From an uncultured delta proteobacterium (GTDB lineage: Bacteria; Myxococcota_A; Polyangia; Polyangiales; Polyangiaceae), in the NCBI GenBank assembly GCA_963781505.1, contig CAWAHB010000010.1, forward strand, positions 237,547 through 301,546: DNA of 64,000 nucleotides. The letters are read 5' to 3'. A program made the position numbers and the translations under genes. The notes beneath the pieces were generated by a model, which did no database searches, was not told the origin of the DNA, and saw only the letters and a list, made by a program, of their open reading frames with translations. Every line of letters starts with the position of its first letter. Positions within the stretch are counted from its first letter, which is position 1. This document shows positions 41,301 to 49,911 of the stretch, piece after piece.

Positions 41301-42186
41301 CGGTCGCGCAGATGCCGCGCGCGACGGTCTCGTGCGATTGGAGAGGGTCTCCCCCGAGCTTCTCGCCGCCGAACCCCTGGCCCGGGCCCGCCTGCTCGGC
41401 GCGAAGAGCGTCCGCGCGCTGTTCGCCGGCGATCCCGTTGGACAGCTCCAGCAAGTGAGCGCTGCGCGCGAGGCATTCCTCGAAGCGGGCGACCTTCGTG
41501 AGGCATGCTTGTACGAGCTCACGATTGGACACGCCTTCATCGAGCTCGGGTGCTTCGCGGACGCTGCGCGGACACTGCGCGAAGCAAGGCGCACGGCCCG
41601 GCGTTTGGGAGCTCGACTGCTCGAAAACCTCGCGACGCTGAACCTCGGCCTGGCCCTGGCTCGAAGTGGTGAGGAAGCTTTGGCGCGCGAAGCGGTCGAC
41701 CTCGAGCGTGCTGCCGTCGCGGCGGTGGAGAGCGGGGGAGACGCACGGGTGCGCTGCGCGGCGCGCTGCTATCTCGCGGAGGCTCTGATGGCGAGTCGGG
41801 ATTACGTCCATGCCGAGCTCGAAGCGCGCCAGGCGGTCGAGCTCGCGACGAATGCCTCCACCATGGCCGCCCTGGCTCAGGCCCTGCTCGCTGACGCACT
41901 CCGCCATCTCGGACGCGCCGACGACGCGGCCAGCGTTCTTTCGGAGCGGCCGGCGGCAGTCGACTCGGAGGAGAGCGAGGAAGGAGCCTTGCGCTGGCTC
42001 CTTTCGGCCGCAGAAACGGAGCTCGACCGCGGCGAGCGCCGACGAGCCACCGAAACCGTGGCCCAAGCCCACGAAAAGCTCCTGTCCCGCGCCAGTGCGA
42101 TCGTCGACCCAACGTACCGTGAAAGCTTTCTCGGTAGAGTCCGCGAACACGTCCGCATCCGCGAGCTCCACCAGAAACTTCGTTGA
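38349..42186 (+). CDS. Ser/Thr protein kinase fused to a cyclase-homology-like domain, AAA/STAND P-loop ATPase and TPR region; one frame break at the C-run 39476-39480
   Basis: VVHRDVKPSNILL, VDFGIAL and GTPGFMAPEQ (ORF 38349..39692). VVSVMCA...ELIAGDVIVAL, a class III cyclase-like core. FVGREAELARV...VVALTGPAGIGKSRLL, followed by ~650 aa of helical TPR-like repeats (ORF 39409..42186). Removing one C from CCCCC gives ELGRIPRAVATGRTTISGGIPTGE. Confidence 0.8.
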
Positions 42187-43522
42187 TCAGCGCTTGCGCG
42201 GTCGCGGGATCCCGAGTCGATCGAGCTTGTACAGCAGCGTGCGTCGCGAAATGCCGAGACGCTTCGCTGCTTCTGTCTGATTGCCCGCGCAGGCTTCGAG
42301 GGCTGCGATGATGCGCGCTCGCTCGTCATCCCCCACTTCGGGCGGAGCGGCCTGACGAGGCTCGAAGCTGCTCTGGGTTTCCTCGAGACCGAGGTGCTCC
42401 GGCTGGATCTCTCCATCGGAGAGCAGAACGGCGCGTGCCATCACGTGCCGTAGCTCGCGCACGTTTCCCGGCCATGCATGAGCGAGGAGGGCGAGCTCGG
42501 TTTCCCGGGTGAGCGCGGAGGGTTTTCGGCCGCGTTCCGCGCTCGCCGCGTCCACGAACAAGCGGGCGAGCGGAATGATTTCGTCCTTTCTGTCGACGAG
42601 GCTCGGGATCTTCACGACCACGCCGCTGAGCCGATAGTAGAGATCTTCGCGAAAGCGCCCGGCCTTCACTTCGGCGGCCGAGATCTCGATTGGTGGCCGC
42701 CACGAACCGCACGTCGACGGTCCGGGACTTGAGGGCGCCGACGCGCTGCACCTGGCGATCCTCGAGCACGCGCAGGAGCTTGGTCTGGATTTCCGGGGGC
42801 ATCTCCCCGACCTCGTCGATGAACACCGTGCCGCCATCCGCGGTCTCCAGGAGCCCGGGCTTGGTCGTGACCGCTCCGGTGAACGCTCCCTTTTCGTGAC
42901 CAAAGAGCTCACTCTCGAACAAGTTCGGGGCGATGGCTGCAGAGTGGACTCGGAGCAGCCGCGCCTCACTCCGCCGGGAGCGCGCGTGGAGGCGCTCCGC
43001 CAACACTTCCTTGCCGACGCCCGTCTGCCCGAGGAGCAATACGATGATGTCGTCGTCAGCAATCCGGTCGATGAGGGCCACGACGGGCTTCATCGCGTCA
43101 CCGAACCAGATCCGTCCGTCTTCCCCGGCTCGCGGTCGCGTCGGGACACGCCCCGCACGAACCAGAACGACGAGCTCGCCCATCTCGGCCATCACGCCAG
43201 GATCGAGCCGGGCGCGAGTGGATGGCGCCAGGCGCTCACCTCGAAGCTTGGTTCCGTTCTTGCTCCCGAGATCGGAGATGAAGAACGCCGTCGGCTCGAT
43301 GTCGATGGCGGCGTGTTCGCGCGATACCGACGGATGATCGACGCGCACATCGACTCCTTCACCGCGCCCAATTACGAGTCGACCCTTGGGCGGAAGCGGC
43401 ACGTCGAGGGCAATCCCCCCGCCGAGAACGCAGAGGATCGGCTGCGCACGCTCGGAGGTCGCTTGGAGCGTTTCGTCCGGGGCGCGGCGCGGCGCAAGGG
43501 GATCGTCGTCGGGGCGGCTCAT
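42187..43522 (-). CDS. Sigma-54-dependent transcriptional activator with N-terminal FHA domain; one frame break at ~42679
   Basis: FHA: [37 protein letters not shown]+: [27 protein letters not shown] (GAFTGA) and FIDEVGEM (ORF 42326..43924). [10 protein letters not shown] and the Fis-type [23 protein letters not shown] are in ORF 42187..43062. Confidence 0.85.
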
Positions 43523-43634
43523 GCAGCTCTTGGCGCTCGCTTCGGGAGGCTCCTCCAGCGAGGGTTGCGCTTCAAGCGCTTGTGCAATCTCCGCCTCGCA
43601 CTTCGAGCGCACAACGCGGGATCGACCCGAAAAA

Positions 43635-43677
43635 TTCCCACATTTCCGTAACTCCGCGACCTGTGTGGGATTTCCGT
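43635..43677. promoter_or_regulatory. Candidate activator-binding site: TCCCACA / TGTGGGA inverted repeat, each arm followed by the direct repeat ATTTCCGT
   Basis: Read directly: TTCCCACATTTCCGT at 43635-43649 and TGTGGGATTTCCGT at 43664-43677. It lies 15-55 nt upstream of the -24 element. Confidence 0.3.
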
Positions 43678-43691
43678 CGATCCGCCCGCCC

Positions 43692-43707
43692 TGGTCCGGA
43701 GCTTGCT
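43692..43707 (+). promoter_or_regulatory. Sigma-54 (-24/-12) promoter TGGTCCGGAGCTTGCT upstream of the subtilase gene
   Basis: It matches the TGGCACG-N4-TTGCW spacing exactly (GG at 43693-94, GC at 43705-06). It is ~65 nt upstream of the ATG at 43772, which has a GAGGAG RBS at 43759-43764. A sigma-54 activator is encoded divergently. Confidence 0.6.
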
Positions 43708-43771
43708 GAAGGTCCTGTCGAACATGCGGGCCGGCGTCGCATTTCGCGCGCCCCGAGCATGAGGAGACAAG

Positions 43772-46243
43772 ATGAGAAACTTTGGTGTTCGAACAGCTTT
43801 GATCTTGGCGATGACGGCTTTGGCGGGTGGTTGCGGCAGCTCTGGCAACTCCGACAAGTCCAACACGACGCATGGCGGCGGAATTGCCGTCGACGGATCG
43901 CTCGCGCAAAATGCCGCGACCCATCCCGCCTTCGACGCCGGCGGCCCGGCGCGACAGGAAGCGGTCGTGGTCGGTCCGACGGGCAATCGCTATCGATTCA
44001 TCGAGCTAGAGCTCGTCGTGGCGACTCACACCCAGGCCGAGCTCGACGGCATGCTCGCGCGTACCGGAGCCAAGCTCCTCGAGTCGTGGAGCTTCGACAA
44101 AACGGGTGACTCGTCCGGGCTCACCTATCATGCGGTGCGCATTGATGCTTCGAAGATCGCTCGCACCGATCTCGATACCGTGCTTGCGGCGCTCGAGTCC
44201 GCCAGCGGAGGCGTGAAGGTGTCGAGTGACGCCGGACTGGCCACCCTGGCGGCCTTCGCCTCGGAGTCCAAGCTGGGCACGCTGGTGTTCCCGAACTTCG
44301 TCCTCGATCAAGACCAGGTCCCCGACCGCACCACGACCGAGGCCGAATCCGCACTGAATTTCTCGGCGGATTACACCCGAAACGCCTTCGATTGGCCGTA
44401 CATGAAACGCGGCGGGCCCCTCGACATCGGTGTCGCGGAAGCCTGGCGCGTTCTCGCGGCCAATGATGCGATTTCCGCGCGCGTGCCGCTGCTGTTCATG
44501 GACGGCGGGTTCAAGCAAACCCCCGATCTTCCCGCCGACACGATCCTGGCGGGCGATACGGTGTTCGGCGAAGAGAACACCGCTCGATGCTGTGAGGGTA
44601 CCTGTGATTGCAAGTGGCATGGCACCGGAACGGTGCGTACGGCCGCAGCGCGGGTCGACGACGCGTACGGCGGAGCGGGATCGGGCGGGCCCGTCGTGCA
44701 ACCCGTCCTCCTGCAATCGCCGGTCGAGGATTTCTTCGATTACCTCCGCTACATCGGAGGGATCGCCGAAGGCCTGGGCTCAGCGAAAATCATCAACATC
44801 AGTGCAGGCACCACGATCGACCAATGGGTCTGCGACACCGGTGGCTTCTTCCTCGGCCCCGCAGGTCCCTGTGCACTTCCCCACGCCCTCGGCGCGTCGC
44901 TCCGCGCCGCCGGCTACCTGCTCATCGCGAGCGCCGGCAACGACGGCAACCGCGATCTGGACTCGGGAGACTTCACCATCCCGTGCGAGATGAACAGCAC
45001 GCTGTGCGTGGGCGGAATGGCCTGGAATTCACCAACCCGCGCGCCGAGCTCGTGCCGCGGCTCGAGAGGCTCCGACGGTGCCATCGACATCTGGGCACCC
45101 TGGGACGTTCTGGGTGGGCCCGGATCCGGAAACACCCGACGTGAACGAGAACACGCTGTTCAGTGGCACCAGCGCATCGGCACCGTTCGTCGCCGGCGTC
45201 GCCGCACTCGTGAAAGCGGCGCAACCCGAGCTTCGGCCCGAACGAGATTCGAGAACGCGATCCTCTCGACCGCACACATCGGCACGACCGGCCAGGTTTC
45301 GCGCTGGGTCGACGCGTATGGCGCGGTCTCGCTGGCCGCGGGCGGTCACGTCCCGCCGTTCATCCGGATCCTCCAGCCCATCGCCGGAAGCAGCTACCCC
45401 CACATCGACGGACCCGAGATGTTCTCGGCCGAGGTGGAGGACGCTGGCGATGATTTGGTCGTGACCTGGTCGGACAACGTGGACGGTGCGCTCGGTACGG
45501 GGACGACCATCACGCATCCCAGTCTGTCGTTCGGCCCTCACATGATCACGGCCACCGCCGTGTCCCATGGAGTGTCGCATTCGACGACCGTCAGCGTCGA
45601 GCGAACCAACGTCGCGCCCACGGTGAGCATTCTCTCACCAGCGGCGGGAAGCACGTTCTACGCGGGTCAGACCATCTCCCTGCTCGGACAGAGCACGGAT
45701 CCCAACGAGCCGGCTGGCCAGCTCTCGGGCTCTCAGCTCGCTTGGTATGCCGGCGCAACGTTCCTCGGCAACGGCGCCGCGGTCGACGTGCCTCCGAACA
45801 CCTTCTCCGTGGGCACGCACGTCCTCATGTTCCTCGGCAACGACGGGGCCACTACCGCGAACGCGACGCGCTCGATTCAGATCCTCCCGAACCCCGTGAA
45901 CCTGCCCCCCAACATCGGAGCCATCACGCCTGCCAACGGCACCAACCTGGGCTACGCCGACGTGCAGGTTGCCGGTGAGTGGACGAAGGCCGTCGTGCTC
46001 TCGGCGACCACGACCGACCCGGAAGGCACACTGCTGCCCGACTCCGCCTTCACCTGGAAGACGACCTACACCGATCCGAACACCGGTGTGTCGACGACCA
46101 AGACCCTCGGCACGGGCAAGACGCTGTCGACTCACCTGGTCGGCCTGTGTTTCAGTGTGCAACACGTCGTGACGCTGACCGTGACCGACGGAGTGAACCA
46201 GAGCCAAAAGAGCGTCATCTACACCGTCGAGCTGCTCTGCTAG
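43772..46243 (+). CDS. Secreted subtilisin-like serine protease (S8) lipoprotein with C-terminal Ig-like domains; two compensating frame breaks (~45105 and ~45245)
   Basis: Lipobox LAGGCGSS. Asp LFMDGGF, His KWHGTGT and Asn ASAGNDGN are in the 823-aa ORF. The catalytic Ser motif FSGTSASAPFVAGVAALV is only in ORF 45078..45464. Confidence 0.8.
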   Translation: MRNFGVRTALILAMTALAGGCGSSGNSDKSNTTHGGGIAVDGSLAQNAATHPAFDAGGPARQEAVVVGPTGNRYRFIELELVVATHTQAELDGMLARTGAKLLESWSFDKTGDSSGLTYHAVRIDASKIARTDLDTVLAALESASGGVKVSSDAGLATLAAFASESKLGTLVFPNFVLDQDQVPDRTTTEAESALNFSADYTRNAFDWPYMKRGGPLDIGVAEAWRVLAANDAISARVPLLFMDGGFKQTPDLPADTILAGDTVFGEENTARCCEGTCDCKWHGTGTVRTAAARVDDAYGGAGSGGPVVQPVLLQSPVEDFFDYLRYIGGIAEGLGSAKIINISAGTTIDQWVCDTGGFFLGPAGPCALPHALGASLRAAGYLLIASAGNDGNRDLDSGDFTIPCEMNSTLCVGGMAWNSPTRAPSSCRGSRGSDGAIDIWAPWDVLGGPGSGNTRREREHAVQWHQRIGTVRRRRRRTRESGATRASARTRFENAILSTAHIGTTGQVSRWVDAYGAVSLAAGGHVPPFIRILQPIAGSSYPHIDGPEMFSAEVEDAGDDLVVTWSDNVDGALGTGTTITHPSLSFGPHMITATAVSHGVSHSTTVSVERTNVAPTVSILSPAAGSTFYAGQTISLLGQSTDPNEPAGQLSGSQLAWYAGATFLGNGAAVDVPPNTFSVGTHVLMFLGNDGATTANATRSIQILPNPVNLPPNIGAITPANGTNLGYADVQVAGEWTKAVVLSATTTDPEGTLLPDSAFTWKTTYTDPNTGVSTTKTLGTGKTLSTHLVGLCFSVQHVVTLTVTDGVNQSQKSVIYTVELLC

Positions 46244-46265
46244 TCGGAGACCAACGAGAGAGCAT

Positions 46266-46296
46266 CAGCGGGTCCGTCATCGAGGCGGGCCCGCTG
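46266..46296. terminator. GC-rich hairpin between convergent genes (10-bp stem CAGCGGGTCC/GGGCCCGCTG, 11-nt loop), possible bidirectional terminator
   Basis: Paired by hand (one G:U). It lies between the subtilase stop (46243) and the LamG gene stop (46321). There is no U-tract. Confidence 0.35.
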
Positions 46297-46320
46297 GCTT
46301 GTGGGCATGCGTGCGCGCCC

Positions 46321-47253
46321 TCAGTCGGGACCGACGTCGAAGTTTTGCTGGATTTCCGTGGCGCTGAGGGCCCGGTCGTACACGGCGACCAGATGGATCT
46401 CACCCACCCAATCGCGATCCTCGAGAACCTCGTTGGCCAGGGCGAGCTCGTAGCTCGAATCCCAGTTGGTAAAGTCACCGATCTGGTCCTGCGTGCCGAT
46501 CTCGGTAGCGTCGACGTAGAAGGCCGTCTTCCCTGAAGACGCGCGGGTCGCGACCACGTGCGCCAGATTGGTCGTCACCGTGCCGGTCATGGTGGTCAGT
46601 GCGGGTGTGCCATTCAGACCCGCATCGTCCGTGCGCCGGACGCGAAATACCCACTGGTCCAAATCCTGAGCGAGCGTGAAATTTCGGTTCGAGCCGTCGA
46701 TGGACATCGTGACGATTCGTGTCGGCAGTCCCGCACCGTCGGTCAAGTCCACGAGTGTTCCGGGTTTTATCCATGCCTCGACGCTGATCTCACCGCTCGT
46801 GGTGCATTTGTCGAAGACCTTCTGGGCCGGGGCAAACGAACGGATCCGGACCGGAGCCGTCACGTCGACGAAGCCGGTTTTCCACGCTACGGCGCTCGGA
46901 GTGTCGATGGTCAAATTCAACGCTGCCCCGACGCCGGACACGTCTTTCACGTTCGTGCCGGACCCTTCGTCGAAGGTGTAGAGCACGACCAGCCCATCGC
47001 TCACGCGCGCCGGACCGCTGTCTCCGGCGTCGGCCAGACCCGCGCTGCCGCCCTGGGCGCTGCCTGCTGCACCGGCCGTCGCTCCAATTCCTCCCGAATT
47101 GCCACCCCCGCCGCTCAGCCCACCAGCGCCGCCCGTCGAGGCGTCGGCTGGATAGAGCTCGTGATCTTCGAACCCCAAGATGCTCTCACAGGCGACGAGC
47201 GTTGCGAAACCGAGGGGAACGAGAGCCAGGAGTGCTCGCTGCTTCGAGATCAA
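46321..47253 (-). CDS. LamG/concanavalin-A-like lectin domain lipoprotein
   Basis: Lipobox FATLVACES, a Gly-rich linker, then LVVLYTFDEGSGTNVKDVSG...ISVEAWIKP...HVVATRASSGKTAFYVDA...WVGEIHLVAVYDRALSATEIQQNF. The TTG start overlaps the upstream stop. Confidence 0.65.
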   Translation of the reverse strand: MISKQRALLALVPLGFATLVACESILGFEDHELYPADASTGGAGGLSGGGGNSGGIGATAGAAGSAQGGSAGLADAGDSGPARVSDGLVVLYTFDEGSGTNVKDVSGVGAALNLTIDTPSAVAWKTGFVDVTAPVRIRSFAPAQKVFDKCTTSGEISVEAWIKPGTLVDLTDGAGLPTRIVTMSIDGSNRNFTLAQDLDQWVFRVRRTDDAGLNGTPALTTMTGTVTTNLAHVVATRASSGKTAFYVDATEIGTQDQIGDFTNWDSSYELALANEVLEDRDWVGEIHLVAVYDRALSATEIQQNFDVGPD

Positions 47254-48248
47254 AGCTCACCGCCGATGGACAAGGTTGCGGCGCGGGGCGACCCTCGCAC
47301 GCCGAGCGCGAGGCTTGGACGAAGTGCGCCGCGTTCTGCCGATTTCGGTGCGGACAGCACGAGGTAGGTGCCGACGCCGATCGCCACCACACCGAGGCCG
47401 ATCCCGATGTTGGCGATGCGCGCGGAGCGCTTCGAGTCCTCGTGGCCAGCGATCCCTTCCTGGGTACAGAGCTTTCCGTCGCAGTGCGAGTCCGCATCGC
47501 TCTTCTGGGAAGCGGCGTGCAGACCGAAATAGCCGCCAACTCCCAGGGCGACCACTCCGACTCCACCGACGACGATGCCGATCGTCTTCTGTCCCGAGCT
47601 TGGCTTGGACTCGCTGACCGGCCAGGTTTCGGGGGTGGCTGGCGGGGGCGTCGGCCGAGCGTCACTGCTCCCCATCGCTTCCAACACCGGCACCTCGACT
47701 CGGGTCTGTCCGCTGCCGGCCGTCACATCGAACTGCTTCTTCCATGGGGTCTTGCCGGGTGCGACCGCGGTCAAAGTGTGAGAGCCCGGATCGATCGGGA
47801 GCGCCGTTCCGAGTGTTGCTCGCCCGAGCTCCTTTCCATCGAGGGACAGTGTGGGAAGCGGATCCTGCGCCTCCGCACCGATCAGGAGCTTGGGGACTTC
47901 CGGCTCGAGCTTTCGGGCACGCTCTTTCGCCAGCTTTTCCCGATCCTTTTCTCCGCTCTGTTCCGCGAGCTCCGCCGCTTCGATGAACTCCGCCCAAGCG
48001 CTGGCCACTCTTCCGAGCTCCGCGTGACAGGTGGCGAGGTGCAGCAGCGTTCCGAGCTGTGGATCGAGGCGCTGGCTCTCCTCGAACTTGGCACACGCCG
48101 CGCTCACTTTCTTCTCCTGGATCAGGGCCTGCCCATCGCGGAACAAGGCCTCCGCCATGGCTACGTCCTGGGGTGAAGCCGCGCGACCGGGTACGGCGAT
48201 CAAACCGAGAAACGCCGTGACGAGAACCGACACCAGAGCCGCCCTCAT
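47250..48248 (-). CDS. Membrane protein with N-terminal TPR-like helices, PEGA-like beta domain and two TM segments
   Basis: Start taken at MRAALVSVLVTAFLGLIAVPG (residue 123 of ORF 47250..48614), which overlaps the kinase stop as ATGA. TLSLDGKELGRATLGTALPIDPGSHTLTAVAPGKTPW. TM spans IGIVVGGVGVVALGVGGYFGL and IGIGLGVVAIGVGTYLVL. Confidence 0.6.
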   Translation of the reverse strand: MRAALVSVLVTAFLGLIAVPGRAASPQDVAMAEALFRDGQALIQEKKVSAACAKFEESQRLDPQLGTLLHLATCHAELGRVASAWAEFIEAAELAEQSGEKDREKLAKERARKLEPEVPKLLIGAEAQDPLPTLSLDGKELGRATLGTALPIDPGSHTLTAVAPGKTPWKKQFDVTAGSGQTRVEVPVLEAMGSSDARPTPPPATPETWPVSESKPSSGQKTIGIVVGGVGVVALGVGGYFGLHAASQKSDADSHCDGKLCTQEGIAGHEDSKRSARIANIGIGLGVVAIGVGTYLVLSAPKSAERGALRPSLALGVRGSPRAATLSIGGEL

Positions 48249-49726
48249 CGTCTGCCTCCCAGTGGGTCGTAAAGTGAACCGGGCTTCTTGCCCTTGGTGT
48301 TGGTATGGCGTGGCGTCGTGTGGACCGCGGGCTTGGCGAGCGGCTCGACTTCTGCACTCCCTGAGGCTGGCGGAATCGCCACCACGCTCGGTTCCGTTTC
48401 GGTCACGCTCGGAGCGGGTGCTGTCGGCGCCGGCACCTGCACGGGTGTGGCAACGTTCGACGAAACCTGGCCGATGCCTTCGACATCGCCGGTCTGGCGC
48501 CGCTCGGCAGACCTTCGGGCGACCACGAGCGCGACCACGCCGAGCACGACCACGAGCACCACGAGCGACGCCGCGACCGCAAGAATCGGTCGAGATGTCG
48601 GCTTCTTCACCCAAGAAACGATGCTAGAGGGCGAAGCAGCCGCGCCGGTGGGCAAGGAACCGCTCACCGGAGCGCCGGAGAGAACGTTCGGACGCGAAAC
48701 GCTGGCAACGTTGGCAGCAATGCGGCGAATCTCTTCCACCCCGCTGACCTCGGAATCGCGCTCGATTGCAGCGACCCGCTCCGCCCGTTCGCTCAGCTGC
48801 TGCCCCACGACGTTCTTCAGCCAGCCGGCAACTCCGACCGGCGATTCGATGCCGTCACAGCGCTCGAGATCGAGGGCCATTTCTAGGGCAGATCCGTAGC
48901 GCTTCGCGGGGTCGCGGTTGATGCCGCGCATCACCACGTCGTCGTAGGCGCGGGGTAGATCGCGTACCAGCGAGCTGGGTAGAGGCACCTCGCCCGCGAC
49001 GATGCGCCCAATGGTGGTGGAGCTGTTGTCGGACTGAAAGAGGTTCCGCCCGGTGAGCGCCTCCCAGAGCACCACCGACGCCGAATAGATGTCGCAGGAT
49101 TGCGACACCACGCCGGTCGCGATCTGTTCGGGCGCCATGTACGAGAGCTTGCCTTTGATGCGTGCTTCCTTCGTGACCGAGGCGCGGCCCTCGGCTTTGG
49201 CGACACCAAAGTCGACCACTCGAGCCAACCCGTCGGCACCGAGCAGTATGTTGTGAGGAGAAACGTCGCGATGTACGAGACCGAGCGGGCGACCCCGTTC
49301 GTCGGTCGCTTCGTGCGCGGCATGCAAGCCCTGTAGCGCTCCCGAGAGCACCGAAGCGACGATACGATGCGGCATGTTTTGGTTTTTGGCACTGAGCCGC
49401 TTCAGGATCCGGGATAGAGCTTCTCCTTGCACGTACTCCATGACCAGGAGCACCTCGTCCTCGACGGCAACCACGTCGAGTGTGGGCACCACGTTGAGAT
49501 GCCGGATGCGAGCGGCAAGCTTCGCTTCGTCGAGAAATGCCGCCACGAATTCCGCATCGCGCGCGTATTCGTCGTGAAGCTTCTTGATGGCGACCGTCCG
49601 CGAGAACCCGGCCGGCCCCATCAGGCGCCCGAAGTGCACCGAAGCCATGCCTCCGCTCGCGATCTTGTCGAAGATGGCGTAGCGACCAAAGACGCGCGGC
49701 GCCGTCGGACGTGGGTCAGTCGTCAT
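48245..49726 (-). CDS. Hanks-type Ser/Thr protein kinase with C-terminal TM anchor
   Basis: Intact 493 aa: IASGGMASVHFG, VAIKKL, LVHRDVSPHNILL, VVDFGVAKA and LSYMAPEQ. TM span ILAVAASLVVLVVVLGVVALVV. Confidence 0.9.
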   Translation of the reverse strand: MTTDPRPTAPRVFGRYAIFDKIASGGMASVHFGRLMGPAGFSRTVAIKKLHDEYARDAEFVAAFLDEAKLAARIRHLNVVPTLDVVAVEDEVLLVMEYVQGEALSRILKRLSAKNQNMPHRIVASVLSGALQGLHAAHEATDERGRPLGLVHRDVSPHNILLGADGLARVVDFGVAKAEGRASVTKEARIKGKLSYMAPEQIATGVVSQSCDIYSASVVLWEALTGRNLFQSDNSSTTIGRIVAGEVPLPSSLVRDLPRAYDDVVMRGINRDPAKRYGSALEMALDLERCDGIESPVGVAGWLKNVVGQQLSERAERVAAIERDSEVSGVEEIRRIAANVASVSRPNVLSGAPVSGSLPTGAAASPSSIVSWVKKPTSRPILAVAASLVVLVVVLGVVALVVARRSAERRQTGDVEGIGQVSSNVATPVQVPAPTAPAPSVTETEPSVVAIPPASGSAEVEPLAKPAVHTTPRHTNTKGKKPGSLYDPLGGRR

Positions 49727-49911
49727 TCAAACGTGACCGCCCAAGCAACCGAGAAGACAGTCACTTTGACAGATTAGCAGCCTTGATTGCGGTGGGCCGG
49801 AATTTCTGTCGAGGGGATCCGGGCTCCACTTCGGGGAAATTCCAGGGGGGCTCCACAAACCCGACGACTGATTGTCATCGCGGACGCAGGACTCCCGACG
49901 AGCTATGCAGG

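Noticed and set aside
39364-42171. A 935-aa minus-strand ORF, the longest in the track
   Set aside because: It is the mirror of the kinase-AAA-TPR gene. Its text is Arg/Gly/Ala/Pro-rich with no recognisable motif, whereas the plus strand carries a P-loop and TPR helices. Long antisense ORFs are expected at this GC content.
43523-43924. A 134-codon upstream extension of the sigma-54 activator ORF
   Set aside because: The extension overlaps the subtilase promoter and start, is Arg/Ser/Cys-rich, and precedes a good start at MSRPDDDPL, after which the FHA domain follows within ~45 residues.
48249-48614. A 122-codon extension of the TPR/PEGA membrane protein ORF
   Set aside because: It overlaps the 3' end of the intact kinase gene in another frame and is Arg-rich. 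MRAALVSVLV at 48248 gives a signal peptide and an ATGA overlap with the kinase stop.
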